A stretch of DNA of 64,000 nucleotides from the NCBI GenBank assembly GCA_000004985.1, contig GG738845.1. One strand, 5' to 3'. Below the pieces are notes generated by a model. The model did no database searches. It saw only the letters and a list, made by a program, of their open reading frames with translations, and had not been told where the DNA came from. This DNA comes from Naegleria gruberi. Lineage: Eukaryota. Both the position numbers and the translations under genes were made by a program. This document shows positions 53,122-63,538 of this stretch, in pieces (within the stretch, counting starts at the first letter, position 1; every line of letters begins with the position of its first letter).

Positions 53122-53626
53122 ATGAGTAATATTACTTTGGAAGAATCTGTGAGGAATGGGTTGGTTGAATACTGCAAGGAGAGAGAAATGATTGGAGCAA
53201 CTATTTTCGATGAAAATGGAAATATTATTTTGAATCAAGGTTTTGAACAAACCATTCCTGCTGAACAGTTAAAGTATGATCTTTTTTTTACGATCAATAG
53301 AATATTAATTTATTTATTACAATTTTATCAGGGCTTTTACTACTATTTTCAATTCGGAAGAGGATGCATTCTCTAGTGGTATTCTTCTTTTCGACACATT
53401 GTATGATGTACATAGATTTTATGCCAATGAATCACCATCTATGGTTTACGGCAGAAAGGACGGAGACAAATCAGATTCAAGAGCTGTTGGTGTTTTGCGT
53501 GTATCGGCCTCTGATTCTGTTGTTGGCCAACCACTTTTTATTGTCACCAATTTTAAATTGCCATGTCTTACCACAAGAGCCATCACCCATGCAAGAGATT
53601 TTGCAAGACAACATTGTAAGTTTTAA
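53122..53626 (+). CDS. Profilin-like small protein (two exons); tentative
   Basis: Exon 1 is 53122..53273, the intron is 53274..53331 (gtatga...tatcag) and exon 2 is 53332..53626. The product of about 148 aa is 'MSNITLEESVRNGLVEYCKEREMIGATIFDENGNIILNQGFEQTIPAEQLKAFTTIFNSEEDAFSSGILLFDTLYDVHRFYANESPSMVYGRKDGDKSDSRAVGVLRV...LPCLTTRAITHARDFARQHCKF'. It tracks the profilin pattern: 'AAIVGHDGSVWA' matches 'GATIFDENGNIIL'; 'F.EP..L...GL.LGG.KY' matches 'GILLFDTLYD'; 'RGKKG.GG' matches 'GRKDGDKS'; 'PGQCNMVVERLGDYL' matches 'LPCLTTRAITHARDF'. Confidence 0.4.
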
Positions 53627-53696
53627 ATCACAAAATTAATTTATAACATTATTAAGTGATGCAACCAAAACAATAAATTTAAATTATTATAATAAT

Positions 53697-53942
53697 TTAT
53701 TGGGTAATTTGTTTTTTAAATTGATCATATTGGATACGATTGATAACGCCTTTTTGCAGATAGTCATCTAATTGTTTAATCATTTGTTCAGTTGTACCTT
53801 TGAGCTCGATTGCTTGTTGTTTGGTGCTAGTTGAGGAGGTAGTTTTCTGGGAAGAACTCTTTCCATTGGTATCAATCCCAAACATTTCTCCCAATCCAGC
53901 ATCAACCTCTCTTGTCTTGTAAGCGTCAGAGTTGTAGCTCAT
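53697..53942 (-). CDS. Hypothetical 81-aa protein
   Basis: ORF with ATG at 53942 in the 460-bp gap between the profilin-like gene and VPS33. It has an S/T-rich middle and a helical C-terminus ('QMIKQLDDYLQKGVINRIQYDQFKKQI'). It could be a real microprotein or a chance ORF. Confidence 0.25.
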   Translation of the reverse strand: MSYNSDAYKTREVDAGLGEMFGIDTNGKSSSQKTTSSTSTKQQAIELKGTTEQMIKQLDDYLQKGVINRIQYDQFKKQITQ

Positions 53943-54086
53943 TGTTTAATTTTTTTAATTTAATTTGATGAGTTCTTACTATCACAATTCAACACTGATT
54001 GTACATCACAGTTGTCAAGAAAGATATTTGATCTTACTGATATTATTGTTTTACAATTCTGTACTATCGATTCTCTATCTAAAAAA

Positions 54087-56103
54087 ATGCCAGAACTGGA
54101 GGTTCTTAAGGAATCTGCAAAATCTGAATTGTGTGCCGTTTTAGACTCTGTAAGTACTCATTTTAGGTGAATATTAACTATCAAAGGTTCCCGGAGACAA
54201 AGTTCTTGTTGTGGATGATCAAATAATTGGTCCCCTTGGCCTAGTTGCTCCTTCTGCTCTTCTCAAGGAACACAATGTTAGGAAAATTTTCAAACTTTCC
54301 TTAGAAAAGACTTTTGAAACAAATTACAAGAATGTGATATACATTGTTAGACCAAGAATGGCCTTAATGAAATGTATTGCCACACAAATTAAATACTGGA
54401 CGCAGCAAAAGGAAACAATTGAAAAGGAAGGGAAAACAAAAAAGATAAAAACCGTCATTGATGAAAAGGTTATTGAAGAAGACTACTACCCTCCAGAAAA
54501 TTTCTCCATATTTATGGTCCCAAGAACAAATCTTATTTGTGAGAAAATACTTAAGGATTGTGGTGTGTATGCAGATGTAAAAATTGGAGAATTTGTTTTG
54601 GATCTAATAGTATTTGATCCTCATATTCTTTCAATGGAATTATCTTCATCATTTAAAGAATGCGAATTAGATGGTGATTTTTCCTCTCTTTACAATGTTG
54701 CTAGATCTATTATGAAGCTACAATCTTTTTATGGTTTAATACCAAATGTAAAATACATTGGATCTAACGCCAGTCATGTTTGCGACATGATAATGAGAAT
54801 GAAAAAGCAGGTTGGTTCTCAGGTGTTCAGTGCTGTTCCTGAAATCAATACTTTAATCTTGCTTGATCGTAATGTTGATCTTGTTTCACCACTTCTTACT
54901 CAACTCACTTATGAAGGATTGATAGATGAAATACTTGGGGGAATTACTAATACTCTCTTCACCACTGACTGTTGTCCAGACAGTAAAATGAGTAAGAAGA
55001 AAGTTCCTCTTAACTCTTCAGACACTGTGTTTGAACGTGTTAGACATTTAAATCAGCAAAGAGTTGCTGCAAAGCTGCAGGAAAAGGCTCGTGAAGTAGA
55101 TGAAAAAGTCAAGGAGAGGGATGAATTGAAACAATCTATTGAAAAAATCAAAACTTTTACAAAATTGTTACCTCAAATACAAGAAGACAAGAGAAATCTA
55201 GAAATGCGTAAGTTTTTATTATATTTATTTAACAAGCCTGTCAAATTAGATATCAATATTATGCAACAAATCAAATCAATTATTGGTAAAATGCCTTTTA
55301 GAAAATCGATTCAAACCCAAAATGCAATTTTAACGGGAGAAGATGAAAAATCCACTCTGGAATATATAGAGGAAAATATTGACAGACAACAGCCATTTGT
55401 ACAATTATTGAGAATGTTATGTTTATATTCCGTAATTAATGGAGGATTTAAACCAAAAGTCATGGAAAAATTGAGAAGAGACATTTCTCAGAGTTATGGT
55501 ATTCAAGCGTTACTTACATTAAATAATTTGGAAAAAGTTGGGCTATTGAGAAAACAAGAAGGAAAACCATCGTCATGGAATTACCTAAAGAAGAATCTTA
55601 ATCTTTATGATGACAATGTTATGGACAGAAATGATGAGGAGGCACACTTCGATCCACACGCTGTGTATAATGGTTACTGTCCGATTTCTGTAACTCTTGT
55701 TGAGAATGCAATGAATGAGGATAAAGGATGGAAAAAAATAGAGCCAGTTTTGAATTATATTTCCACAAAGAGAGGAGAAGAAACTCAAAAAGGATCTCAA
55801 GAAACACAATTAGGAAAGAAAGTTATTCTTGTTTTCTTTATTGGAGGTGTGACTTTTGCAGAAATAAGTGCAATAACTTATCTAAATGAAAAAAGTAGTG
55901 ATTGTGAATATATTGTAGCGACAACTAAGCTCATTAATGGTTGCACTTTCATTGACTCTTTTATTGAGGATGTTGGAGAAGATGATAAATCATTCAAAAA
56001 GAGAGCAATGGAATCCAATTCTGAAGGAATTTTTTCTGACTCTAAATCCTCTATGGTTGATGCAAATGCAGTTGTAATACCCGCTACACCTGAGAATAAA
56101 TAA
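54087..56103 (+). CDS. VPS33: Vacuolar protein sorting 33 (Sec1/Munc18 family)
   Basis: Exon 1 is 54087..54149 ('MPELEVLKESAKSELCAVLDS'), the intron is 54150..54186 (gtaagt...caaag) and exon 2 is 54187..56103. 'VLVVDDQIIGPLGLVAPSALLKEHNVRKIFKL...NVIYIVRPRMALM' parallels human VPS33A '[31 protein letters not shown]...NIIFFVRPRLELM'. The C-terminus '[20 protein letters not shown]...EYIVATTKLINGCTFI' parallels '[20 protein letters not shown]...EYVIATTKLMNGTSWI'. Confidence 0.9.
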
Positions 56104-56535
56104 AAGTAAATTTAATTTTTAAAGAATTAACAGTAATAAAAATTTAAAAAAATAAGAGGTTATGATGTTTGATTCATTGTTCTCTGTTGCTATTTTGGTT
56201 CCTCTTTCTACTCTCTGTGTTCGGCTTTTTATTGACTCCATGATGTTTCACACATCTATCACTTCCCGAATGCAGAAAATTCAAAATTTATTTAATATTA
56301 TTAACGAATTAAACTTTCGAAAAAGAGCTTTAACATTCAATAACCAAACTATATGTAGGTTGACAATGATAATTAATTTATTTTCTAACTCAAATAGATA
56401 TGATCGATGAAGAAAAAAGAACTGCCATACAATTGTGTAACAATATCCTTAGTTTTTTACAAAAAAAGAAATCCAATCTCAAATATTTACAAATCAAATT
56501 TGATGAGAAACCAACGTTAAACCTCTATTTCTAAA

Positions 56536-58632
56536 TTACATATCAAGAAACCTTTCAAAATCGTCCATAATATCTGATTCTGAAGGAGGAACAAAAGTTG
56601 ATAATGTGGGAGAACCCATCTCAGAAAATAGTGAATCACCATTTAAAATTGGAATCTCATCGAATATTTCTGATATTGTCGTTGGCTCAATCACCAATGT
56701 CTCAAAACCAGAACACTGTATTGTGGAAATACCAAGCTCATCAATAGAGTCGAGTTGTTTTTGAATTTTAAATGGGGAACCATTATAAATGATTCTTTCC
56801 TCCTCAGTGTTTTTGTCTTTGAGGGCAACTACAAACACTAATGGTTTATCATGATTAATATCTCTAAAGGAAATACTATACTCAACATGGAGAGAAACTA
56901 ACGATGCCTGAATATTAAAGTTGCAACAATTCACAACATTTGTATCAATCCACTTTTCTCCATTAAACGAGAGCTCTTGTTTGCTTTCTGCATCCAGTAT
57001 TTTAAAGCATATATCATGGTATTCTGATAATTGTGTTGGAACGTCGACATATAATAGGAAGGTTTCATTGAGGGAAAGTTCTTTTGGAAAAGCAAAGTTT
57101 GGAAATTTGGACAGATCTACATTGAGTGAATCATGAAATACTGTCACAATTATCCACTGTTTTAACAAATCAAAAGCAGATTCTTGATTGCTTTTGGTTA
57201 CATTAGACTTGGACCTCTTTCTTGTGGTGTCACTATCATCTTGTAAATCGGATTCTTGTTCATCGTCATTACCAAATAAAAGACTTTCTTTTTTTCTCTT
57301 CTTTTGAGAATGCAATTCCTCTGAGTGTTGAGCAAGATCTAACATTTCTTCATCATTACATAATGTAGGATCATTGGATTTTCCATTTTCGTTTAAATCT
57401 ATTGACATTTTCAACAACCTCTCCTGTTTACAATTTACATGAATATTGTATGATGAATCTGCCTTTGTTTTGGCTCTTTTTCTGTTGACCATAATTTCAA
57501 AAACTGCAATAGAATTGACATTGTTGTCACTATTTGAAGAGCTTGAGCAATTAGGGGATTGAATTGAATGTTTTAACTTGGTGCTGGTGGTGATATCCTT
57601 TCCTCGAATTTTAATTTCAATGGGAGGAGAAGTTGGAGAATTGGTTGTTTTCTTCTTCTTTTTCTTTCCCTCTGAGCAATCTTCTTCGAGTTGAAATTCT
57701 AAATCTGCCAAGGAATAAAGTTTACTTGGAAGAACTATTAAGAGATAATAGAAACAATCAGTACTAATCAAACACTTGTTTGTATGTACAATTTTTGTAT
57801 GGTGGTGTGAATTTGTAAACTTTGATTCCTCCTGGCCATTTGTTGTATTTGGAGAAAATTGATGTTGTATCAATAATCTATACCAATTTTGTTCAAATGT
57901 TGAACTTTTTCTTTTTGTGTTTCCCTTTTTTATAAAAATATGAGTGGAACAGCCATTATCAAAGAATTGAGGAGAGTTGACAAGTTGGTCAAAAGTTGGA
58001 CTCATTGAAGTTGTACTACAACTCAACTTTTTATCTGTATTTATAGAATTAGTTGTATTAGAAGAAATAGAATCTTGAACACTATTATTCAATAGAAAGT
58101 TAGAAAATATTTGATTCAATTGACTCATTGTAGAATTGTTCATAGTGTTATTCATTAACATGGTTAACATTTGAGTAGAATCTAAATTATCATTCACTTG
58201 ACTTAAATTTGTAGTACTGGTGGAATTGATGATAGGTTGTTGAGTATTATTTAGCAATGGATCATTTGACATCATCATTCTCATCATTTGCATGACAAGA
58301 TTTGAATCCATCACAACTCCATTATCACAAGTGTTCATTGTTGCTGATCTTTCACCAATACAATTATTCGAATTGATAGTGGTATTATTATTATTAGGCA
58401 ATGTTGTATTGATATTGTTGTTCATCATCATCGTTGTATTTTGTTGGGATGATGTCATTGGAGTGAAAGAGAAAGATTGGAGGGAGTTATTTGTAGGTAT
58501 CGGACTGTTGATGGAATTTGTATTGTGGTTGGAATGCATTTGTTTACTTGAGGAAGCTGCTTTCACTGCCTCTAATAGCATACTAGTTAGAGTTTGTTGA
58601 TGTTGTTGTTGCTGACAATTATTTTGATTCAT
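56536..58632 (-). CDS. N/Q/S/T-rich low-complexity protein with a conserved-looking C-terminal globular domain of about 250 aa; unknown function, possibly a transcription regulator
   Basis: The ORF-track start at 58644 is TTG; the first ATG is at 58632 ('MNQNNCQQQQHQQ...'). The N-terminal two-thirds is poly-Q/N/T/S/M. The C-terminal region ('FAFPKELSLNETFLLYVDVPTQL...LVSLHVEYSISFRDINHDKPLVFVVALKDKN...') looks beta-rich and non-repetitive. No family was assigned. Confidence 0.45.
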   Translation of the reverse strand: MNQNNCQQQQHQQTLTSMLLEAVKAASSSKQMHSNHNTNSINSPIPTNNSLQSFSFTPMTSSQQNTTMMMNNNINTTLPNNNNTTINSNNCIGERSATMNTCDNGVVMDSNLVMQMMRMMMSNDPLLNNTQQPIINSTSTTNLSQVNDNLDSTQMLTMLMNNTMNNSTMSQLNQIFSNFLLNNSVQDSISSNTTNSINTDKKLSCSTTSMSPTFDQLVNSPQFFDNGCSTHIFIKKGNTKRKSSTFEQNWYRLLIQHQFSPNTTNGQEESKFTNSHHHTKIVHTNKCLISTDCFYYLLIVLPSKLYSLADLEFQLEEDCSEGKKKKKKTTNSPTSPPIEIKIRGKDITTSTKLKHSIQSPNCSSSSNSDNNVNSIAVFEIMVNRKRAKTKADSSYNIHVNCKQERLLKMSIDLNENGKSNDPTLCNDEEMLDLAQHSEELHSQKKRKKESLLFGNDDEQESDLQDDSDTTRKRSKSNVTKSNQESAFDLLKQWIIVTVFHDSLNVDLSKFPNFAFPKELSLNETFLLYVDVPTQLSEYHDICFKILDAESKQELSFNGEKWIDTNVVNCCNFNIQASLVSLHVEYSISFRDINHDKPLVFVVALKDKNTEEERIIYNGSPFKIQKQLDSIDELGISTIQCSGFETLVIEPTTISEIFDEIPILNGDSLFSEMGSPTLSTFVPPSESDIMDDFERFLDM

Positions 58633-59134
58633 AATAGAACACAAAGAAGAATAAAGTTGTAAAATTGTTTTTTTTGTGTTTAATTTACTGTAGGTGGATC
58701 ATTTTGACTTGTGGCAGGTAATTCCAACATACAACAAATCTTAGAATCACATTTTGTATGTTGGTATGAACTGATAAGAATAAAAATTATTATGGAAACA
58801 AGAAAGCAAATTCAATCGGGTTGACTTAAATGATACTACCAAAGACCGATTAAGAATTGATTCAAACCTCAATAAACATCAAACAACAAGTCTAAATCGA
58901 ACAATTAATTGTGTGAGAGCAAACTGTTTGACAAGTAGAACAGCCAATCACTTTTCACAAAACCGATGAGCGTTGCGTGTGTGAAGAAGACTATCAACCA
59001 TCCGTAAAAAAACTCACAGTCTTAGCACCGCGCATAAAGTAATATCAAAAGCATCTGGTGCCCAAGAGACTTTGTCTTGCTTTTTAAACTATATATTAAT
59101 TTATTTATTTATTTTAATTGGATAATTGTACAAA

Positions 59135-62100
59135 ATGTTATTAGGTTGGATAGATGAATTGGGACTTATTCAATCAGACCCAACAAAGAATATCCTCAAA
59201 ACATTTCCTTTGGATGTTAAACGAGTAGTTATTTCATCTATTGTTGATTATTTTAATAATCAAAATAATACTGCAAAGAATGGACTTAGTACCACTGCCC
59301 ATGTTGAATGGGTTATGGAAGTTGTGGGACATGCTTTCCAATTACCAATTGCCGATCATCAAACTATAGATAGAGCTATCAATGTTTATAACAAGTGGCT
59401 TTTCGAAGAAAATCAAAGACCAATTCCTCTCCAAGAAAATTTGCAATACTTTGTCCAACAAATATTTAATCACTTCTCTTTACTTTTTGAAGAGAGAGGA
59501 CCGGAATCTGGAGCTACAGGAGGTCAAGAAGAAAGAAAACACCACATTCATCTTTGCAATAGAGTTTTAGACATTTTCCTTCAAATGGGTCTTAAGGGTG
59601 ACATGTTAGAGGAAGTAACTTGGAATCACATTTTAAAGATTATTCTTGGTATTACAGATTCTACATTGAGAGGTAAGAGGGGATTGCCTGAATTATCCTA
59701 CGGTCTGTTGAAGGTTCTTTTTGAGTTATGGTTGTGTTCTTTGTCAGATGACAAGGTCATGTGGCGTCACTTACAAGAACATGGTATTTTATGGTCTAAA
59801 AACAATGCCACTATTAATCAGTGGAATAGTGTTTGTATTGGGTTGACTAGTCGTGTAATTAACTTGTTATATGGTCCAAGTGAAGGTACAAGTGTTGTCA
59901 GAATTCAATGGGAAGGTCTTAATGCAAAGAATAATCCTAATCCTAATGTTGGAAATTCTACAACAGAGCTAGATTTACCTGATGAATATGTTTATTATGC
60001 TTGGAATCAGTTCCTGCACATTATTGGTAATCCTAATAAGCTTGTGGATCCAGAAATCCATCTCAAGGCATTCCAAGGCATTGAAGTTATTACACACAGT
60101 TTAGCCTATGTTGGTACTGATCCACCAATCAAGCAGTTGAAAGAACAGAAAGTTGATTTCCGTATTCCATATGCACCTGATGCCAATTCTATTCTTGACA
60201 TTTTCGGCCCATGGTATTTTGAAGCTGTATTTAGAGAAAATGCTAGTAATTTTAATCAAGGACGTGCTGTAGCCTATAGTGCTCTGTGTAAAATATTTTG
60301 TAGAAAGGGTGGTAGTCCAATTCATACCAGATATCTTTCACTTTTCTACAAGGCTCTATGTCAAGGTTTAGAAGATGAAGATCCAATCGTTGTCATTGCC
60401 ATCTTATTGGGAAGTAAGAAGATTTTCTGTTACGAGGAATTGGTTGGTTCTCACATTCTTATAAGATACTACACCAAAGTTTGTGATAAGATTTTGGGTG
60501 GAACTGGTAATTCTGTAAAAGATAGCAGTCAAAACTCCAAGTATAATATTGAAGTTAGACAGGCTTGTATAACAATAATTGGAAGCTTGATCTGTTTCCC
60601 AAATCACTTCTCTTCTCCAAATATTCAAAAAACAACCTCCGATCAAGAAATTATCAATCAATCTACTGTTTATCAAGAGCTTAAATTCCAAATTCAAACA
60701 ATTTTACAAAAAGCACTCAAATCAGAAAGAAATCCAAAGAATCTCCAATACGTAATTTGGGCAATTGTTGTTTTAATATATGAAGAGATTGACCACAATG
60801 CAGAAATTGCAATTGTCTTTATAAGAAATATGTTAGATATTGTGAAAACCTATGCTCCAAAACCATTGAAAGAATATCCACCAGAAGTATTTATCGCAAT
60901 TTATGAAGCTTTGAGCTCCTTGACAAATTTATATCCAAAACTTGCTGAAGCCGAACCTATGATTTCACGTGAAATTGTTTTCCAACTCAGTACAATAATT
61001 CCAATGCAAGTTGCCCTCCTCAAACAAAATCAAACGAGTGCTAAACTTATTGAAGAAACATTCTACAGCATGGCTGATTGGGTTATGTGTGGACCTTCTG
61101 TAATTATTTCTAATAAGGAAAGTATTACCAAGGTAATATTTGCCATCGATCAAGGTTTAAATATTGTTAAACATGTTGGTGTACCAGGTGGTGTTAGTGC
61201 AGGTGTTGAAAGTCCAACAGCAACAGTCAATCCAAGAGCTTCTACCACTGGTCAAGCCATTACAAGCAGTAGTACAAGCTTTTCTAAAGATGATATTGAA
61301 AATATCAAAATTTCTGCTGAGTTTGTTGTATCCCACTTGATGAATCATGTCTCCCATTTCCCAATAACCAATAATAATGCTGCTCTTACAGCCACACTCT
61401 CAGAAGAATCACAATGTCTTGACGATTTAGAACCTGAAAATTCTAATTATGTCAGATTCTACATTTATGACAACCAATTTATTATCAGTTTAATTGAACA
61501 ACCTAACGAAAAGGGTGGCCCAGGTGTGACCATGATTATGAGAGATTTAACTGGTAAATATTCTTGGGATTCTCGTGTATTGTACGGCGAAGTTCCTAAG
61601 CCATACAGTGAATTAGAAGAACGTGGATGTTACACTGGTAGTAATATTGAAAATTTGTTAGGCAAAACTCAAGAAGCTGAAACAAACTCAACTTTAATGC
61701 AATACAGTATTGAAAGACCTCTTAAGGATAGAGATACTGTTTCATTATTCTCTGATCTTATAGAAGAAGAAGAGGATAATGAAAATTTATTCCTGCAAAC
61801 AATTGATAACGAATATACAGTACTTGATGTTTCCTGTAGAGAACCAAACTTGAGATACAAATATGGTGGAGATTGTAAAGCAAGCATGTCTAGATTATTA
61901 CTTTCAACAATGGGGTTGGTACATATTGCACTCACAAGTAGATTTGTTCCTCTTCAAAGCAATAGCAAGTTACTTAGAAGTTTGCGTAACTTGGATGGTA
62001 CTCAACCTCGTGAAACTCACAAAGTTGGTGTTGTTTATGTTAAGGAAGGACAAGATGATCAACAGGATCTTTTCTTGAATGCCGAAGGAAGTGAACAATA

Positions 62101-62740
62101 TACAAGCTTTGTTAAATCTCTTGGTTGGAATGTACCTCTCCAAGAACATTTAGGCTTTATGGGAGGTTTAGATAAGAATGGTTCAACTGGTACCAATGCT
62201 CCTTATTATGCCGATTATAGAACTGAACTAATGTTCCACGTTCCAACAATGATGCCTAATAATTCTAAAGATCCTCAACAAATTCACAAAAAGAGACATG
62301 TTGGCAATGATCATGTTAACATTATATGGTCTGAACATACTCGTGATTATTACAGAAATACTATTATTTCACAATTTAACTTTGTTCACATTGTGTTATA
62401 TCCTTTGAATAGAAATCACAAGGGCTTGTTGAGAGTTGATGTCATGGTCAAAGAAAGAACATATCCTGTATTTGGACCTGTTCTTGATGGTATGATTTTA
62501 AGTGAAAAAGTAGCTGGAGCTCTAATCAGAATGACTGCATTGAATGGTTCTAGAATCAGTAGATCCAAGTCAACTGGTATCATGCGACCATATTTGCAAC
62601 GTAAAAGTCTTATTGCTGAATTGGCTCAACGTTACAAGGCAACAGTTGAAACTGATAAATATTATTGCTCTTTGTTTGTCAGTAAAGAAACAAGCAACGT
62701 AATACTTGACCCACCTTCACAAAAGAAGAATATTAAATAA
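59135..62740 (+). CDS. RapGAP-domain protein of the tuberin (TSC2)/RalGAP-alpha family
   Basis: The ORF-track start at 59126 is TTG; the first ATG is at 59135. The C-terminal GAP domain 'KVGVVYVKEGQDDQQDLFLNAEGSEQYTSFVKSLGW...GFMGGLDKNGSTG...ELMFHVPTMMP...KKRHVGNDHVNIIWSEH...ISQFNFVHIVLYPL' is collinear with the human TSC2 GAP domain ('[36 protein letters not shown]...YLGGLDVCGEDG...AVFHIATLMPT...KKRHLGNDFVSIVYNDS...KGQFNFVHVIVTPL'). It is preceded by a long helical/armadillo-like N-terminal region. Confidence 0.8.
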   Translation: MLLGWIDELGLIQSDPTKNILKTFPLDVKRVVISSIVDYFNNQNNTAKNGLSTTAHVEWVMEVVGHAFQLPIADHQTIDRAINVYNKWLFEENQRPIPLQENLQYFVQQIFNHFSLLFEERGPESGATGGQEERKHHIHLCNRVLDIFLQMGLKGDMLEEVTWNHILKIILGITDSTLRGKRGLPELSYGLLKVLFELWLCSLSDDKVMWRHLQEHGILWSKNNATINQWNSVCIGLTSRVINLLYGPSEGTSVVRIQWEGLNAKNNPNPNVGNSTTELDLPDEYVYYAWNQFLHIIGNPNKLVDPEIHLKAFQGIEVITHSLAYVGTDPPIKQLKEQKVDFRIPYAPDANSILDIFGPWYFEAVFRENASNFNQGRAVAYSALCKIFCRKGGSPIHTRYLSLFYKALCQGLEDEDPIVVIAILLGSKKIFCYEELVGSHILIRYYTKVCDKILGGTGNSVKDSSQNSKYNIEVRQACITIIGSLICFPNHFSSPNIQKTTSDQEIINQSTVYQELKFQIQTILQKALKSERNPKNLQYVIWAIVVLIYEEIDHNAEIAIVFIRNMLDIVKTYAPKPLKEYPPEVFIAIYEALSSLTNLYPKLAEAEPMISREIVFQLSTIIPMQVALLKQNQTSAKLIEETFYSMADWVMCGPSVIISNKESITKVIFAIDQGLNIVKHVGVPGGVSAGVESPTATVNPRASTTGQAITSSSTSFSKDDIENIKISAEFVVSHLMNHVSHFPITNNNAALTATLSEESQCLDDLEPENSNYVRFYIYDNQFIISLIEQPNEKGGPGVTMIMRDLTGKYSWDSRVLYGEVPKPYSELEERGCYTGSNIENLLGKTQEAETNSTLMQYSIERPLKDRDTVSLFSDLIEEEEDNENLFLQTIDNEYTVLDVSCREPNLRYKYGGDCKASMSRLLLSTMGLVHIALTSRFVPLQSNSKLLRSLRNLDGTQPRETHKVGVVYVKEGQDDQQDLFLNAEGSEQYTSFVKSLGWNVPLQEHLGFMGGLDKNGSTGTNAPYYADYRTELMFHVPTMMPNNSKDPQQIHKKRHVGNDHVNIIWSEHTRDYYRNTIISQFNFVHIVLYPLNRNHKGLLRVDVMVKERTYPVFGPVLDGMILSEKVAGALIRMTALNGSRISRSKSTGIMRPYLQRKSLIAELAQRYKATVETDKYYCSLFVSKETSNVILDPPSQKKNIK

Positions 62741-62878
62741 ATTAAATATTAGTAAAAATTTGTTGCATTTAAAAATAAATTAATATATTTAAACTTGATG
62801 GTTTTTTTTGATTTAATTTTGGCGGGGAGTTATTTGTTATTGTAAACAACCAATACGCACCAAAAAAAATATCGCAAC

Positions 62879-63319
62879 ATGAGTTCATATATTCGTGAGC
62901 AAAAGAAGGTTTTGAGACAAACCATCAAACAATCTATCACCGAACATTGCGAAAAAGTACACAATGGACAATACACTGGTGAAGATTTGGCCAAGGAATT
63001 GAGAGAATATCGTTCCACTGAAAAGCCAAGTAACTTTATGGTTTGGAAGAGACTCCACAAGGGTACCGGTGTTTATGCCAGTTGGAAGGATGATAATATT
63101 TTCAAGTGGACTTTCAAGGAATTGACAAGAGCCAGAACCTTCCCATGGTTGGTTGCTGCTGCTTCTTGGTGGGGATTTGTTTATCTTTTGCCAAAGCCAA
63201 CAGAAGAAGACATGAAGAAATCACCAAACTACTATCCACACGGTCACCCACCAGGATCTAACATGACTCCTCACTACCAACATCTCGTTCATGAAATCGA
63301 GGCTCCACCAAAATTCTAA
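62879..63319 (+). CDS. Small single-pass membrane protein; possibly an NDUFB8 (ASHI)-like complex I accessory subunit
   Basis: 146 aa with one predicted transmembrane helix ('FPWLVAAASWWGFVYLLP'). The segment after the helix, 'SPNYYPHGHPPG...HYQHLVHEIE', resembles the NDUFB8 C-terminal 'QYPYNNLYLERGGDP...VVHYEI'. This is weak. Confidence 0.3.
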   Translation: MSSYIREQKKVLRQTIKQSITEHCEKVHNGQYTGEDLAKELREYRSTEKPSNFMVWKRLHKGTGVYASWKDDNIFKWTFKELTRARTFPWLVAAASWWGFVYLLPKPTEEDMKKSPNYYPHGHPPGSNMTPHYQHLVHEIEAPPKF

Positions 63320-63538
63320 ATTATTTTTAACTTAATCATGGGTGTTTAATACAAAAACAATGTAACTATAATAGTTCTTTTGATCCGATTTTGTTGTTCA
63401 ATAAGAAAAACGACAAGATGATGAAATAAATTATCTATGTTATTTGAATAGCCAACAAGAAGTTAATATCAGATTATTATTAAAAAATTAATAAAACTTT
63501 GTAAAATTTAACTTTATTTTTTATTTTGAATTAAAAAA

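Noticed and set aside
56162-56410. 82-aa ORF in the gap downstream of VPS33
   Set aside because: It has no coding-like composition or recognisable motif, it is hydrophobic and AT-biased, and it probably lies in the 3' UTR or intergenic region.
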